Shown piece by piece: positions 45,484 to 55,280 of a stretch of DNA of 64,000 nt. The first letter of the stretch is position 1; the number at the start of each line of letters is the position of its first letter. The notes beneath the pieces were generated by a model. The model searched no databases. It saw only the letters and a program-made list of their open reading frames with translations, and was not told the origin of the DNA. The stretch lies in the NCBI GenBank assembly GCA_964291285.2, contig OZ219786.1:1056001-1120000 (forward strand), in the 5' to 3' direction. Source of the stretch: Alphaproteobacteria bacterium (GTDB taxonomy: Bacteria; Pseudomonadota; Alphaproteobacteria; Bin95). Made by a program: the position numbers and the translations under genes.

Positions 45484-46685
45484 CAGTGCGCGGCCTCGAA
45501 TTCGTGGATGTAGTCCCGCGTTTCCGGCACCGCGTCCGGGTCCTTCGCAAGCTGGATCTGGAACACGGTCACGATGTTGTTGAGGAACCCGACCTCGCAT
45601 GAGGTGAGGTAGAACTCCCACATCCGGCAGAACCGTTCGTCATACATCTCCCGCGCCCGGTCCCAGTTCGAAACGAAACGGGTCCGCCACGCCCTCAGCG
45701 TCTTCGCATAGTGGCGCTTCAGAACCTCTATGTCCGTCACAAGCAGGTGCTGCTCCTCTATCGCCGGCGTCAGCTCCGAAAGCGTCGGCAGATAGCCCCC
45801 CGGGAAGATATAGCGGGTGATCCACGGGTTGACCGGACCAGGCGTGTCATAGCGGCCGATGGTGTGCACAACCGCAACGCCGTCATCCGTCAGCAGCTCC
45901 CGGAGCTTCCCGAAAAACTCCCGGTAGTGCGCCAGACCCACATGCTCCAGCATCCCCACCGAAACGATCCGCTCATAGCGGCCCGCCTCCTCCCGGTAGT
46001 CCTGGAGCCTGAAACGCACACGCTCCGACAGGCCCGCTTCCGCCGCGCGCGCATTCGACAACTCATGCTGCTCGTGGCTCAAGGTCACGCCCGTCACATC
46101 CACATCCGCCTGCTCCGCCAGGTAGAGCCCGAGCCCGCCCCAGCCCGAGCCGATGTCCAGAACACGGTCCCCCGAACGCAAAAGCAGCTTCGCCGCCAGA
46201 TGCGTCTTCTTCCGCCGCTGCGCCGTCTCGATATCGTCATTGTCCGACGCGAAATAGGCGCAGGAATACTGACGGTCGCTGTCCAGGAACAGGTCGAAAA
46301 GCTCCGGCTTCAGGTCGTAGTGGTGCGAGACCTTGCGCCGCGCCGACCCAACCGGATTGTGCGTACGAAGACGCCCCGCTGCCTTCCGCACGAAGTCCAG
46401 AAAACGCGAATCGCTCTTGAGCCTCGCGCGGCGCTGATTGACGAGGGCGATGGTGAGGAAGTCGAACAGCGTGCCGTCCTCGACCGTCAGCCGCCCGTCC
46501 ATATAGGCCTCGCCCACCGCAAGCGCCGGGTTGCGGAACATGGCGCGCGAAACCGAGGAGTCGTGCAGGCGGACAGCGGCCGACGGACCGCCCGCGCCTT
46601 CCAGCCTGTGTCTGCCCCCTTTCGGGTCGATAACGGTCAAAGTGCCGATTTCGACGAAACGGCGCAGAAACGGCAGATACAGCAT
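45483..46685 (-). CDS. cfa: Cyclopropane-fatty-acyl-phospholipid synthase family methyltransferase, paralog 1
   Basis: HHYDL, QYSCAYF, VLDIGSGWGG, IVSVGMLEHVG, YIFPGG, RMWEFYL. Confidence 0.9.
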   Translation of the reverse strand: MLYLPFLRRFVEIGTLTVIDPKGGRHRLEGAGGPSAAVRLHDSSVSRAMFRNPALAVGEAYMDGRLTVEDGTLFDFLTIALVNQRRARLKSDSRFLDFVRKAAGRLRTHNPVGSARRKVSHHYDLKPELFDLFLDSDRQYSCAYFASDNDDIETAQRRKKTHLAAKLLLRSGDRVLDIGSGWGGLGLYLAEQADVDVTGVTLSHEQHELSNARAAEAGLSERVRFRLQDYREEAGRYERIVSVGMLEHVGLAHYREFFGKLRELLTDDGVAVVHTIGRYDTPGPVNPWITRYIFPGGYLPTLSELTPAIEEQHLLVTDIEVLKRHYAKTLRAWRTRFVSNWDRAREMYDERFCRMWEFYLTSCEVGFLNNIVTVFQIQLAKDPDAVPETRDYIHEFEAAH

Positions 46686-46735
46686 GGCCGCGCCCTCCCC
46701 GGCTTTCCGGCCGCGTCACGCCTGCCGGGCGCCGG

Positions 46736-47938
46736 TCAATGCGCGGCCTCGAATTCGTGGATGTAGTCCCGCGTCTCCGGAACGGCGTCCGGGTCCTTCG
46801 CAAGCTGGATCTGGAACACGTTGAGCTCCTTCGACAGGAAGCCGACCTCGCAGGCGGTGAGGTAGAACTCCCACATCCGGCAGAACCGCTCGTCATACAT
46901 CTCCCGCGCCCGGTCCCAGTTCGAAACGAAACGGGTCCGCCACGCCCTCAGCGTCTTCGCATAGTGGCGCTTCAGAACCTCTATGTCCGTCACAAGCAGG
47001 TGTTGCTCCTCTATCGCCGGCGTCAGCTCCGAAAGCGTCGGCACATAGGTGCCGGGAAAGATGTAGCGCAATATCCACGGGTTGACCGGGCCGGGCGTGT
47101 CATAGCGGCCGATGGTGTGCACAACCGCAACGCCGTCATCCGTCAGCAGCTCCCGGAGCTTCCCGAAAAACTCCCGGTAGTGCCCCAGGCCCACATGCTC
47201 CAGCATCCCCACCGAAACGATCCGCTCATAGCGGCCCGCCTCCTCCCGGTAGTCCTGGAGCCTGAAACGCACACGCTCCGACAGGCCCGCTTCCGCCGCG
47301 CGCGCATTCGACAGCTCATGCTGCTCGTGGCTGAGCGTCACCCCCGTCACGTCCACATCCGCCTGCTCCGCCAGGTAGAGCCCGAGCCCGCCCCAGCCGG
47401 AGCCGATGTCCAGAACACGGTCCCCGGGGCGCAGCAGAAGCTTCGCCGCCAGATGCGCCTTCTTCCGCCGCTGCGCCGTCTCGATATCGTCATTGTCCGA
47501 CGCGAAATAGGCGCAACTGTATTGCCGGTCGCTGTCCAAGAACAGGTCGAACAGCTCCGGCTTCAGGTCGTAGTGGTGCGAGACCTTGCGCCGCGCCGCG
47601 CCCACCGGGTTGTGCGTGCGAAACCGGTTTACGGCCTTCCGGGCGAGGTCCGCAGGTCCCTTGGTGCGCCCGAGATGCGCCTCGCGCCGGTTCACCACCA
47701 GAATGGTCAGGAAATCGAACAGCGTGCCGTCCTCGACCGTCAGCCGCCCGTCCACATAGGCTTCGCCCACCGCAAGCGCCGGGTTGCGGACGAGTGCCCG
47801 GCTCACCGAGGAATCGTGCAGGCGGACGGTAGCCGAGGGCCCGCCCGCGCCCTCGACGCTATGCGTGCTTCCGCGCGGGTCGATTACGGTCAGCCGACCG
47901 AATTGGACGAGCCGGCGCAGAAACGGCACGAACAGCAT
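46736..47938 (-). CDS. cfa: Cyclopropane-fatty-acyl-phospholipid synthase family methyltransferase, paralog 2
   Basis: Same motifs; tandem near-duplicate, also 400 aa. Confidence 0.9.
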   Translation of the reverse strand: MLFVPFLRRLVQFGRLTVIDPRGSTHSVEGAGGPSATVRLHDSSVSRALVRNPALAVGEAYVDGRLTVEDGTLFDFLTILVVNRREAHLGRTKGPADLARKAVNRFRTHNPVGAARRKVSHHYDLKPELFDLFLDSDRQYSCAYFASDNDDIETAQRRKKAHLAAKLLLRPGDRVLDIGSGWGGLGLYLAEQADVDVTGVTLSHEQHELSNARAAEAGLSERVRFRLQDYREEAGRYERIVSVGMLEHVGLGHYREFFGKLRELLTDDGVAVVHTIGRYDTPGPVNPWILRYIFPGTYVPTLSELTPAIEEQHLLVTDIEVLKRHYAKTLRAWRTRFVSNWDRAREMYDERFCRMWEFYLTACEVGFLSKELNVFQIQLAKDPDAVPETRDYIHEFEAAH

Positions 47939-47989
47939 CGGTCCTGCTCTCTCCCTTCCCCACGCCTGCCGCCGGCGGGAAGCGGAAGG

Positions 47990-48604
47990 CTAGCTCTCCT
48001 CGGCCGGTTCCTCTTCCGGCGCGGCCTCGCCGCCTTCGGCGCCACCGCCCTCGGGAACGCCGTCGTCGAAGAACTCGGACAGCCCGCCCTCGAAACGATA
48101 GGCGTCCTCGTCGTCCACCGCCAGCACATCCTCGCCGCGCGCCTGCGCTTCCGCCTCGTCGAGCGTGCGGGCGACATTGGCGGTAATCGGCACCTGGACC
48201 TCGGGGTGCAGCTGCACCGTGATGTCGTGCAGGCCGAGCGACTTGATCGGCTGCGGCAGGCGGAGCTGCCGACGGTCGATCTCGACGCCAATCTCGCTTG
48301 CGGCCTCCGCGATGTCCCGCACCGTGACCGAGCCGTAGAGATGGCCCGTGTCGCCGGCGCGGCGGATCAGCGTGACGCTGAAGCCTTCCAGCTTCCCGGC
48401 GACCGCTTCGGCCTCGCCCTTGCGCTCCAGGTTGCGCGCTTCGAGCTCTGCGCGGCGCGCTTCGAAAACGGCCATGTTCTCCGGCGTTGCGCGCAGCGCC
48501 TTCTTCTGCGGCAGCAGGTAGTTACGCGCATAGCCCGGCTTGACCGTGACGATATCGCCCATCAGCCCCAGGCTCTCGACCCGTTCCAGAAGGACCAGCT
48601 CCAT
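47990..48604 (-). CDS. rplI: 50S ribosomal protein L9
   Basis: [13 protein letters not shown]...[12 protein letters not shown]...LYGSV. Confidence 0.97.
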   Translation of the reverse strand: MELVLLERVESLGLMGDIVTVKPGYARNYLLPQKKALRATPENMAVFEARRAELEARNLERKGEAEAVAGKLEGFSVTLIRRAGDTGHLYGSVTVRDIAEAASEIGVEIDRRQLRLPQPIKSLGLHDITVQLHPEVQVPITANVARTLDEAEAQARGEDVLAVDDEDAYRFEGGLSEFFDDGVPEGGGAEGGEAAPEEEPAEES

Positions 48605-48606
48605 TA

Positions 48607-49545
48607 CTAATTCTCCTTCGGACCGCCCCCGAGACGGGCGCGCAAACCGACATAAGGCTCCGCAAGGCCCAGCGCCGCGACCAGCACGAACGGCCAGGCC
48701 ATCAGGAGCCCCAGCAGATAGAAACCGACCAGCCAGACCGTCCGTCCCGGCAGCCGGGCGACCGCGGCATGGACGACGGCAAGCCCCTGCAGCAGGAACG
48801 GAACGGCGAAGACGATGGCCAGATTCCGGCCGATATACTCCAGCGCCCCGCCGGCGGCAATCCCGGCGAGGCAGGAAAGGCCGAGCGCATACAGCGGCCA
48901 TGCCGGAAGCGTCAGGCTTCGCCATACCGGCGACGGCCGCCGCGCGATGGAGAGACGGGCGGCGATGGCCTGGGCAAGCACGCCGTCGAGGGCAAGCGTC
49001 AGGAAGAGCAGCGCGGCGGCGATGCCCGGCAGGAAATTGGCGGCGCGTTCCGCAAGGCCCTGCTCCCTGGCGCGTTCGGCGACTTCCGGCGGCAGGCCGG
49101 CGTCCAGAACCGCCTCGATCGTCTGCTGGACCTCCAGGCGCGGATCGATGCCCTGCAGAAGGGCGACCGTGAACATGGCCGCAAGCGCGGCAGCCGCCAT
49201 GGCCGTCAGCACGGCGACGAGCTGGCCCGGCGGATACCATTCGACGCCTCCCTGCCCGTCGGCGCGGCTCAGCAGGGCCTGCCGGCAGAGCACCGCGACC
49301 GGAAGCCCGACTATGAGCGCGAAATAGCCCGCGGTGAAAAACCCGATGATTCCAGCGACCGTTGCCGCGCCGATGAGCGCCGCCGCAGCCGCCGGCAGCC
49401 AGCCGAGGGAAAGCCCGACCAGGAACAACGGCGCCGCGGCGAAATAGGCCAGCAGCGCCGCACCCAGAGAGCCTGTGACGATGGAGCCGAAGAGCGCGCC
49501 GGCGGCGAGCCCGCCAACGACCAAGAGGATGAGATCCTTCCCCAT
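48607..49545 (-). CDS. DUF2232/YybS-like membrane protein
   Basis: Polytopic; VEWYPPG motif; located between rpsR and rplI. Confidence 0.8.
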   Translation of the reverse strand: MGKDLILLVVGGLAAGALFGSIVTGSLGAALLAYFAAAPLFLVGLSLGWLPAAAAALIGAATVAGIIGFFTAGYFALIVGLPVAVLCRQALLSRADGQGGVEWYPPGQLVAVLTAMAAAALAAMFTVALLQGIDPRLEVQQTIEAVLDAGLPPEVAERAREQGLAERAANFLPGIAAALLFLTLALDGVLAQAIAARLSIARRPSPVWRSLTLPAWPLYALGLSCLAGIAAGGALEYIGRNLAIVFAVPFLLQGLAVVHAAVARLPGRTVWLVGFYLLGLLMAWPFVLVAALGLAEPYVGLRARLGGGPKEN

Positions 49546-49573
49546 CCCACCCGCGCGGGCAGCGGTCCTGGGC

Positions 49574-49810
49574 CTACTTCACGACGTAGGGCAACAGCGC
49601 CATGTAGCGCGCACGCTTGATCGCCTGCGCGAGTTCGCGCTGTTTTTTGGCCGAAACGGCGGTGATCCGGCTCGGCACGATCTTGCCGCGTTCCGACAGG
49701 AACCGCTGCATGAGCTTCACGTCCTTGTAGTCGATCTCGGGCGCGTTGGGCCCGGAGAAGGGACAGCTCTTGCGGCGGCGGAAAAACGGGCGGCGCGGCG
49801 CAGCGTTCAT
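49574..49810 (-). CDS. rpsR: 30S ribosomal protein S18
   Basis: [13 protein letters not shown]...IDYKD...[12 protein letters not shown]. Confidence 0.98.
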   Translation of the reverse strand: MNAAPRRPFFRRRKSCPFSGPNAPEIDYKDVKLMQRFLSERGKIVPSRITAVSAKKQRELAQAIKRARYMALLPYVVK

Positions 49811-50274
49811 TGTGCGGCCTCCGGTGCGGCGGCGGCCTGCCGGTCGGCGCCCTCGTCTTTCGTCTCTGCGGCATTCCGCGTCTCTGCGCCGTCCCGCGCC
49901 TCGGCGGCATCCCGGCGCGGGCGCGCATCGCGCCGCCCGCGGTCGTCCCGCGGGCGCGCCTGCAGCATCACCGACGGCCGTTCGTCCACGGCCTCGATCC
50001 GCAGGGTGAGGTAGCGCAGCACGTCTTCCGACAGGCGCATCCGCCGTTCGAGTTCGGCAATCGCATCGCCGGACGCATCGAAATTGAAGAGGACATAATG
50101 GCCCTTGCGGTTCTTCTTGATGCGGTAGGCGAGGGTCTTGAGTCCCCAATGTTCGCGCTTCTCGACCTTGCCGCCGAGCGACTCCATCAGGGCCCCATAG
50201 TCATCCGCCAGGGTCTCGACCTGCGCGGGCGACATGTCCTGGCGCGCGATAAAGACATTCTCGTAAAGAGCCAT
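49807..50274 (-). CDS. rpsF: 30S ribosomal protein S6
   Basis: [13 protein letters not shown]...[20 protein letters not shown]. Confidence 0.98.
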   Translation of the reverse strand: MALYENVFIARQDMSPAQVETLADDYGALMESLGGKVEKREHWGLKTLAYRIKKNRKGHYVLFNFDASGDAIAELERRMRLSEDVLRYLTLRIEAVDERPSVMLQARPRDDRGRRDARPRRDAAEARDGAETRNAAETKDEGADRQAAAAPEAAQ

Positions 50275-50420
50275 TGCCTGTGCGTTTCGTCCTGCAAGTT
50301 GCACTGGGAGCGCGGTTATACACGAACCCGCAACGCGCGCAAGCTGCCGGAATGCGCCCTTGACAGCCCCCTCCGCCGCGCCTTGATTGCTCCCGCGCGA
50401 CGAGGCATCGGGAGGGGTCC

Positions 50421-51362
50421 GTGGCACGAGCTTTCGTCTTTCCGGGACAGGGATCGCAGGCGGTCGGAATGGGCAGCGCGCTGGCGGAAGCCTCGGCGGC
50501 CGCGCGCGAGGTCTTCGAGGAGGTGGACGACGCCCTCGGGCAGAGCCTCTCGCGGCTGATGTTCGAAGGCCCAGGCGACGAACTCACCCTGACCGAGAAC
50601 GCGCAGCCGGCGCTGATGGCGCACAGCATGGCGGTCATGCGCGTGCTGGAGCGCGAGGGCGGCGTTTCGCTGCCCTCCGCCTGCCTGTATCTGGCGGGGC
50701 ACTCGCTCGGCGAATACTCCGCCCTGACCGCGGCGGGCAGCTTCCGGCTCGCCGACACCGCCCGGCTTCTGAAGCTGCGCGGACAGGCGATGCAGGGCGC
50801 CGTGCCCGTAGGCGCCGGCGCGATGGCGGCGCTGCTCGGCCTCGATTTCGAGCAGGCGGCGGCGGTCGCGCGCGATGCGGCGGAAGGCGAGGTCTGCGAC
50901 CCGGCAAACGACAACGCCCACGGCCAGGTCGTGGTGAGCGGCGACCGCGCCGCTGTCGAACGCGCGGTGGAGCTGGCGAAGGCACGGGGCGCGCGCCGGG
51001 CGATCCTGCTCGATGTGAGCGCCCCCTTCCACTGCTCGCTGCTGCAGCCCGCCGCCGACGCCATGGCGGAAGCGTTCGATTCCGTCGATATGCAGGACCC
51101 CTCGGTGCCGCTGGTCGCCAATGTCACGGCGCAGCCGGTGGAAAGCGCCGCCGACCTGCCGGACCTGCTGGTGCGCCAGGTGACGGCGACGGTCCGCTGG
51201 CGGGAGAGCATGATGTTCATGCGCGACAACGACGTGGACCGCGTGGTCGAGCTCGGCACCGGCAAGGTGCTCTCGGGACTGGTCAGGCGGATCGACCGGG
51301 AGATGTCCGGTGTCGCGGTCGAAGGCCCGGACGATATCGAGGCGCTGTTGAAGGAGCTTTGA
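50421..51362 (+). CDS. fabD: Malonyl-CoA:ACP transacylase
   Basis: FVFPGQGSQ, GHSLGEYSAL, VSAPFH. Confidence 0.96.
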   Translation: MARAFVFPGQGSQAVGMGSALAEASAAAREVFEEVDDALGQSLSRLMFEGPGDELTLTENAQPALMAHSMAVMRVLEREGGVSLPSACLYLAGHSLGEYSALTAAGSFRLADTARLLKLRGQAMQGAVPVGAGAMAALLGLDFEQAAAVARDAAEGEVCDPANDNAHGQVVVSGDRAAVERAVELAKARGARRAILLDVSAPFHCSLLQPAADAMAEAFDSVDMQDPSVPLVANVTAQPVESAADLPDLLVRQVTATVRWRESMMFMRDNDVDRVVELGTGKVLSGLVRRIDREMSGVAVEGPDDIEALLKEL

Positions 51363-51367
51363 CGGCC

Positions 51368-52234
51368 ATGCTGACACTCAGGCCCGCCGAAAACGGCTTC
51401 GCGAGGATCGTGGAAGGCGTTGCGCTGCATGAGCAGCCGGACGACGAAATGCGCGAGGCGCTCGATACGGCGCTTGCCGAGCACGGCGTGCTGGTGTTCC
51501 GCCGGCAGGCGCTCTCCGAGGCCGAGCTTGTGGAGGCTGCCTCCTGGTTCGGGGCACCGGAGCTGATCGTGCGGGAGGACTGGGCTTCGAAATACCAGCC
51601 GGAGATCACCTACATCTCCAACATGCGCAATCCGGACGGGGACACGATCGGCGGCATCGGCCAGGGCGAGCTCGCCTGGCATACGGACCAGTCCTACATG
51701 GCCAACCCGGCCACGGGGTCCCTGCTCTACTGCGTCGAGACGCCGGCCGGCGGGGCGCCCACGAGCTGGGCCAATCTGGAAGCCGCCTGGGATGCGCTGG
51801 ACGGTGAGACCAAGGCCGAAATCGACGGCAGGAGGGGCATTTTCAGCTATGCGGTCCGCGTGGCCGGCTACGGCGAGATCGACAAGATGGCCGAGGACGA
51901 AATCCGCCGGCGCACGCCGGACGTCACCCATCCGCTGGTGCATACCCACCCCGTCACGGGCCGCAAGGCGCTCTATCTCGACCCCGGCACCATGGCCGGC
52001 ATCGACGGCATGGAGCCGGGCGAAGGCCGCGCCCTGCTCGACCGGCTGATCGCGCATGCGACCGGGCCCCGCTTCGTCTACCGGCACGACTGGCAGGTCG
52101 GCGACACCGTGCTCTGGGACAACGGCTTCCTGCTCCACCGGCGCGACGATTTCGACCCGGCGGAGAACCGCTGGCTGAAGCGCGCCACCTTCCGGCCCTC
52201 GCCCGCCCGGCACATCGTGCCCGGACACGCCTGA
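51368..52234 (+). CDS. TauD/TfdA family Fe(II)/2-oxoglutarate dioxygenase
   Basis: WHTDQSY, HPLVHTHPVTGRKALY, WDNGFLLHRR. Confidence 0.9.
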   Translation: MLTLRPAENGFARIVEGVALHEQPDDEMREALDTALAEHGVLVFRRQALSEAELVEAASWFGAPELIVREDWASKYQPEITYISNMRNPDGDTIGGIGQGELAWHTDQSYMANPATGSLLYCVETPAGGAPTSWANLEAAWDALDGETKAEIDGRRGIFSYAVRVAGYGEIDKMAEDEIRRRTPDVTHPLVHTHPVTGRKALYLDPGTMAGIDGMEPGEGRALLDRLIAHATGPRFVYRHDWQVGDTVLWDNGFLLHRRDDFDPAENRWLKRATFRPSPARHIVPGHA

Positions 52235-52248
52235 GGCCCGGCGCCGCC

Positions 52249-52578
52249 ATGGCGCTGACGCCCCGCGTCTATATCCAGGCCTGCATCCGCGCGGCATCGG
52301 TCCGGGGCTGCGCCGCCCAGGTGACGCGGCGCGGCTTCGACGGGGCGGGCGCGGTGCTGCTGAAGCTCAACCGCCTCGACGGCACGGCGCAACTGCTGCG
52401 CCCGGCCTGGACCGACGGCGACCGCCGCCGCTGGCTCGCCCGCCCGCCGGGCCCCGAAGCCGAAGCCGACGAGGAAATCGCCCGCGAGGCCGCCCGCGAC
52501 CCGGACCTCTGGGTGCTCGAAATCGAGGACCGCGAAGGCCGCCACCCGCTCGACGAGCCGGTGGAGCTTCTGAGCTAG
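52249..52578 (+). CDS. DUF1491 family protein
   Basis: RRGFDGAGAVLLKL...DPDLWVLEIEDREGR. Confidence 0.8.
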   Translation: MALTPRVYIQACIRAASVRGCAAQVTRRGFDGAGAVLLKLNRLDGTAQLLRPAWTDGDRRRWLARPPGPEAEADEEIAREAARDPDLWVLEIEDREGRHPLDEPVELLS

Positions 52579-52729
52579 GCGGGTTTCCCCGGCCACCTTC
52601 CGGATTCGCGGATCCGCCAGGGCCGGCTTCGTGTTGCGCGGCACCCTCCCGGTGGAGTGGGCCCCTGGTCTCGGACAGTTTTGTTGTAGGAAATTGACAG
52701 GTGCGCGGTCATTGGAAGGATCGACGCCG

Positions 52730-53080
52730 ATGAGGAAGCACCGCACGCACAGCATGGCCTTCAAGCGCCAGGTCGTTGAGGAGTATCTGGCAGGCGAGAC
52801 GTTTTACGGTCTGGCCCGCCGTCATGACCTGTCTCGCACCCTGATCCGGCTGTGGCTGGAGAAGTATGAGGCCGGGGCCTTCGATGAGGAGGCCGAGGCG
52901 GCCGACAGGCTCCGGGCATATGAGGCCCGGATCGCGACGCTCGAACGGCTGGTCGGCCGGCAGGCCGCGGAGCTGGAGTTCCTAAAGGGGGCTTTGCGGC
53001 AAGGACGGCGGTCGAGGCGCGCGCCCATGTCCGTGATCGCCGGCCCCGAGGCCTCTCCGTCGCCGAAGGATGCCGACTGA
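52730..53080 (+). CDS. IS3 OrfA (HTH)
   Basis: HSMAFKRQVV...LARRHDLSRTLIRLW; candidate slippery site CTAAAGGGGG near 52982. Confidence 0.88.
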   Translation: MRKHRTHSMAFKRQVVEEYLAGETFYGLARRHDLSRTLIRLWLEKYEAGAFDEEAEAADRLRAYEARIATLERLVGRQAAELEFLKGALRQGRRSRRAPMSVIAGPEASPSPKDAD

Positions 53081-53874
53081 TGGGGATCGCGCGCTCCACC
53101 TGTTACCGCGAGCCGCAGAGCCCGGTCGACGACACCGCCCTGGTCGAGGCGATGCACGAGATCAAGGACGAGTTCGAGGCCTATGGCTGGCGGCGCATGC
53201 AGGCGGAACTTCGCCACCGGGGCCGGACCGTCAACCACAAGAAGGTCAGGCGGCTGATGCGCGAACACGCCCTGCAGCCGCCGCGCAAGCGCCGCTTTGT
53301 CGCCACCACGGACAGCGGCCACGACGGGCCGGTCTTCCCGGACCGGTCCCGGGACTGCGAGGTCGAGGGCCCGAACCGGCTCTGGGTCGCCGACCTGACC
53401 TACATCGCCATCCTGGACGGCTTCGTCTATCTGGCGGCGGTCATGGACGCCTGGTCGCGCCGCATTGTCGGCTACGCGCTCGGGCAACGCATCGACGCGC
53501 GCCTGACGCTCGCGGCGCTCGACAAGGCGATCGGGAACCGAAGCCCTCAGCCCGGCTGCATCCACCACTCCGACAGGGGCTCGCAATACGCCGCCCATGC
53601 CTACCGGACCCGGCTCGACAAACACGGGATGGTCGGCTCCATGGGACGACGAGCCAACCCCTACGACAACGCCATGATGGAGAGCTTCATGAAAACCCTG
53701 AAGGTCGAGGGCGTCTATCCCATGGCCTTCGAGACCGCCGAAGACGTCGCAAGGCAACTGCCGCGCTTCATCGACAGCTACAACCACAGACGCCTGCACT
53801 CCGCGCTCGGATATCTGAGCCCAAACCGCTTCGAGGAAAAACAACATCGCAACCCTGTCAAAAATGCCGCTTGA
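53080..53874 (+). CDS. IS3 OrfB (rve DDE integrase core), probably expressed by -1 frameshift
   Basis: WVADLTY, HHSDRGSQY, DNAMMESF, RLHSALGY. Confidence 0.92.
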   Translation: MGIARSTCYREPQSPVDDTALVEAMHEIKDEFEAYGWRRMQAELRHRGRTVNHKKVRRLMREHALQPPRKRRFVATTDSGHDGPVFPDRSRDCEVEGPNRLWVADLTYIAILDGFVYLAAVMDAWSRRIVGYALGQRIDARLTLAALDKAIGNRSPQPGCIHHSDRGSQYAAHAYRTRLDKHGMVGSMGRRANPYDNAMMESFMKTLKVEGVYPMAFETAEDVARQLPRFIDSYNHRRLHSALGYLSPNRFEEKQHRNPVKNAA

Positions 53875-53907
53875 AACTGTCCGACCCAAGGGGCCCACTC
53901 CACGGAA

Positions 53908-55234
53908 GTGTCATGGAATGTCATGTTTTGTCATGGTCGGGGGCGGAACCGGCGTTCTCCGGGCCGGTCCTCCGCTTCTTCCCCTTCTTCTTTTTCTGCT
54001 TCTTCCCCCTCGCCGCCGGTCCGCTCCAATCGTCGTCTTCGTCGCCGCTCCGCTCTTCCCGTTCGAGGCGGTCCTGCCTGCGTTCCTCGACCTCCTCCGG
54101 GGCCCAGGGGTCGTAGATGTCGTCGTAGCCGTTGCGGCGCTGGTAGAGCCAGTCATGTTCGGCGCCGTCGGCCCGGTCGTCGTCGGTGCTGTCCTCGTGG
54201 CCGGGCGTGTCGGCAGCGGCCCAGGGGCAGTATTCGTAGGTTTCCTCGGGCGGGTCGTCGGCCGGCGGCAGGTCGTTTGCCGGCGCGGGCGGGGGGCCGA
54301 AGCCGAAGGGCAGGCGGGTGCGCTCCTCGACGGCCGCGGCGAGCCTGCGGGCGGCCTCCTCATGCGCGGCCCCGTCGAAGCCCTCCTGCGCCTCCATCTC
54401 CTCGCGCCGCTCGCAGTGGCGGGCGAGCGCTCGTTCGGCCCGGTCCCGCCCCCGGCGCACGGCGTCTGCGAGCGGTCCGGGCTCGGTGCCGGTCTCCTGC
54501 GCCTCGCCCGCTTCGATCTCGCCGAACTCGTCCTCGTGCGGCAGCGGCCAGAGGCGGGCCCGGTTCGCGCCGGCCGGACTGACAAGCCCGGCGATCTCGG
54601 CCTGGAAGCGCAGCACCCGCAGCATCATGTAGGCCGAGCCGCTGGCGACGGCGGCGTCCCAGGCCTGCTCCGAGCGGGCGAGCAGGATGCGGGCCTCGTT
54701 GCGTTCGGTGCGCCGCCACGACAGGCGGATGCGGCGCACGCGCTCGACGATCCAGGGCCGCTCCAGCAGGGCGCATCCGGTCTGGCGGGCGGAGCGCTCC
54801 GAATATCCGGCCTGCCTTGCGGCGTGTGCGGCATTGCCGGAGGCGGTGTAGTGGCGGCAGAAGGCTTCCTGGCGGGTGGAAAGCGCGACGGCGGGCTCGA
54901 TGACGGGCATGGGGTGCGGGTCCTTTCGTTCCGCTGGCGTTCGACAGGCAGGCCCGGCAGCGGTACGGGACCGCGCCGGGCCGGGAGGGCGGCGTTGACG
55001 GGCAGCGCCGCCCCGTCGGGGAGCGACCCTGTTTCGCGCGTATCGCGTGCGGGCGCGGGCGGGTGTCGGCGCCGGCGCGGTTCGCGCGCCTGATTGCGCG
55101 CGCGAGCCAGAGGGCGCACTTCGCCTGTGCGTCGAATCGGGGTCGTTCCGCGCCGGGACAGCGCGAAGGGAAGCGGTCCGCGCGGACTTCGCCTCCCTCG
55201 GACCTATTCTAGCACATTTTCCTAGAATGCAAGC
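53908..55234 (-). repeat. Copy B (full length) of the dispersed TerS-like element
   Basis: Homologous to 12733-13176 in promoter, leader, ORF start and 36-nt end. Confidence 0.9.
53921..54910 (-). CDS. Orphan terminase-small-subunit-like HTH protein with acidic and Lys-rich tail
   Basis: LSTRQEAFCRHY...GNAAHAARQAGYSERSARQTGCALL resembles the Terminase_2 N-terminus; GAAAGGA RBS. Confidence 0.75.
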   Translation of the reverse strand: MPVIEPAVALSTRQEAFCRHYTASGNAAHAARQAGYSERSARQTGCALLERPWIVERVRRIRLSWRRTERNEARILLARSEQAWDAAVASGSAYMMLRVLRFQAEIAGLVSPAGANRARLWPLPHEDEFGEIEAGEAQETGTEPGPLADAVRRGRDRAERALARHCERREEMEAQEGFDGAAHEEAARRLAAAVEERTRLPFGFGPPPAPANDLPPADDPPEETYEYCPWAAADTPGHEDSTDDDRADGAEHDWLYQRRNGYDDIYDPWAPEEVEERRQDRLEREERSGDEDDDWSGPAARGKKQKKKKGKKRRTGPENAGSAPDHDKT

Positions 55235-55280
55235 TCTTTTCGGGAACTATTTCAAATTTATTCCTGCTTATTCTCAAGGA

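Larger units (their letters stand above)
52653..53902 (+). mobile_element. IS3-family element (1250 bp)
   Basis: TG...CA ends; IRs TGGAGTGGGCCCCT..TCGGACAGTTT; CGG duplication (52650-52652, 53903-53905). Confidence 0.92.

Noticed and set aside
50275-50340. Possible S6:S18 autoregulatory leader upstream of rpsF
   Set aside because: A CCC motif is present but the structure cannot be confirmed by eye; needs an Rfam search
53909-53935. Heptamer repeats as a CRISPR array
   Set aside because: 7-bp repeats with 3-bp spacers are far too short, and there are no cas genes
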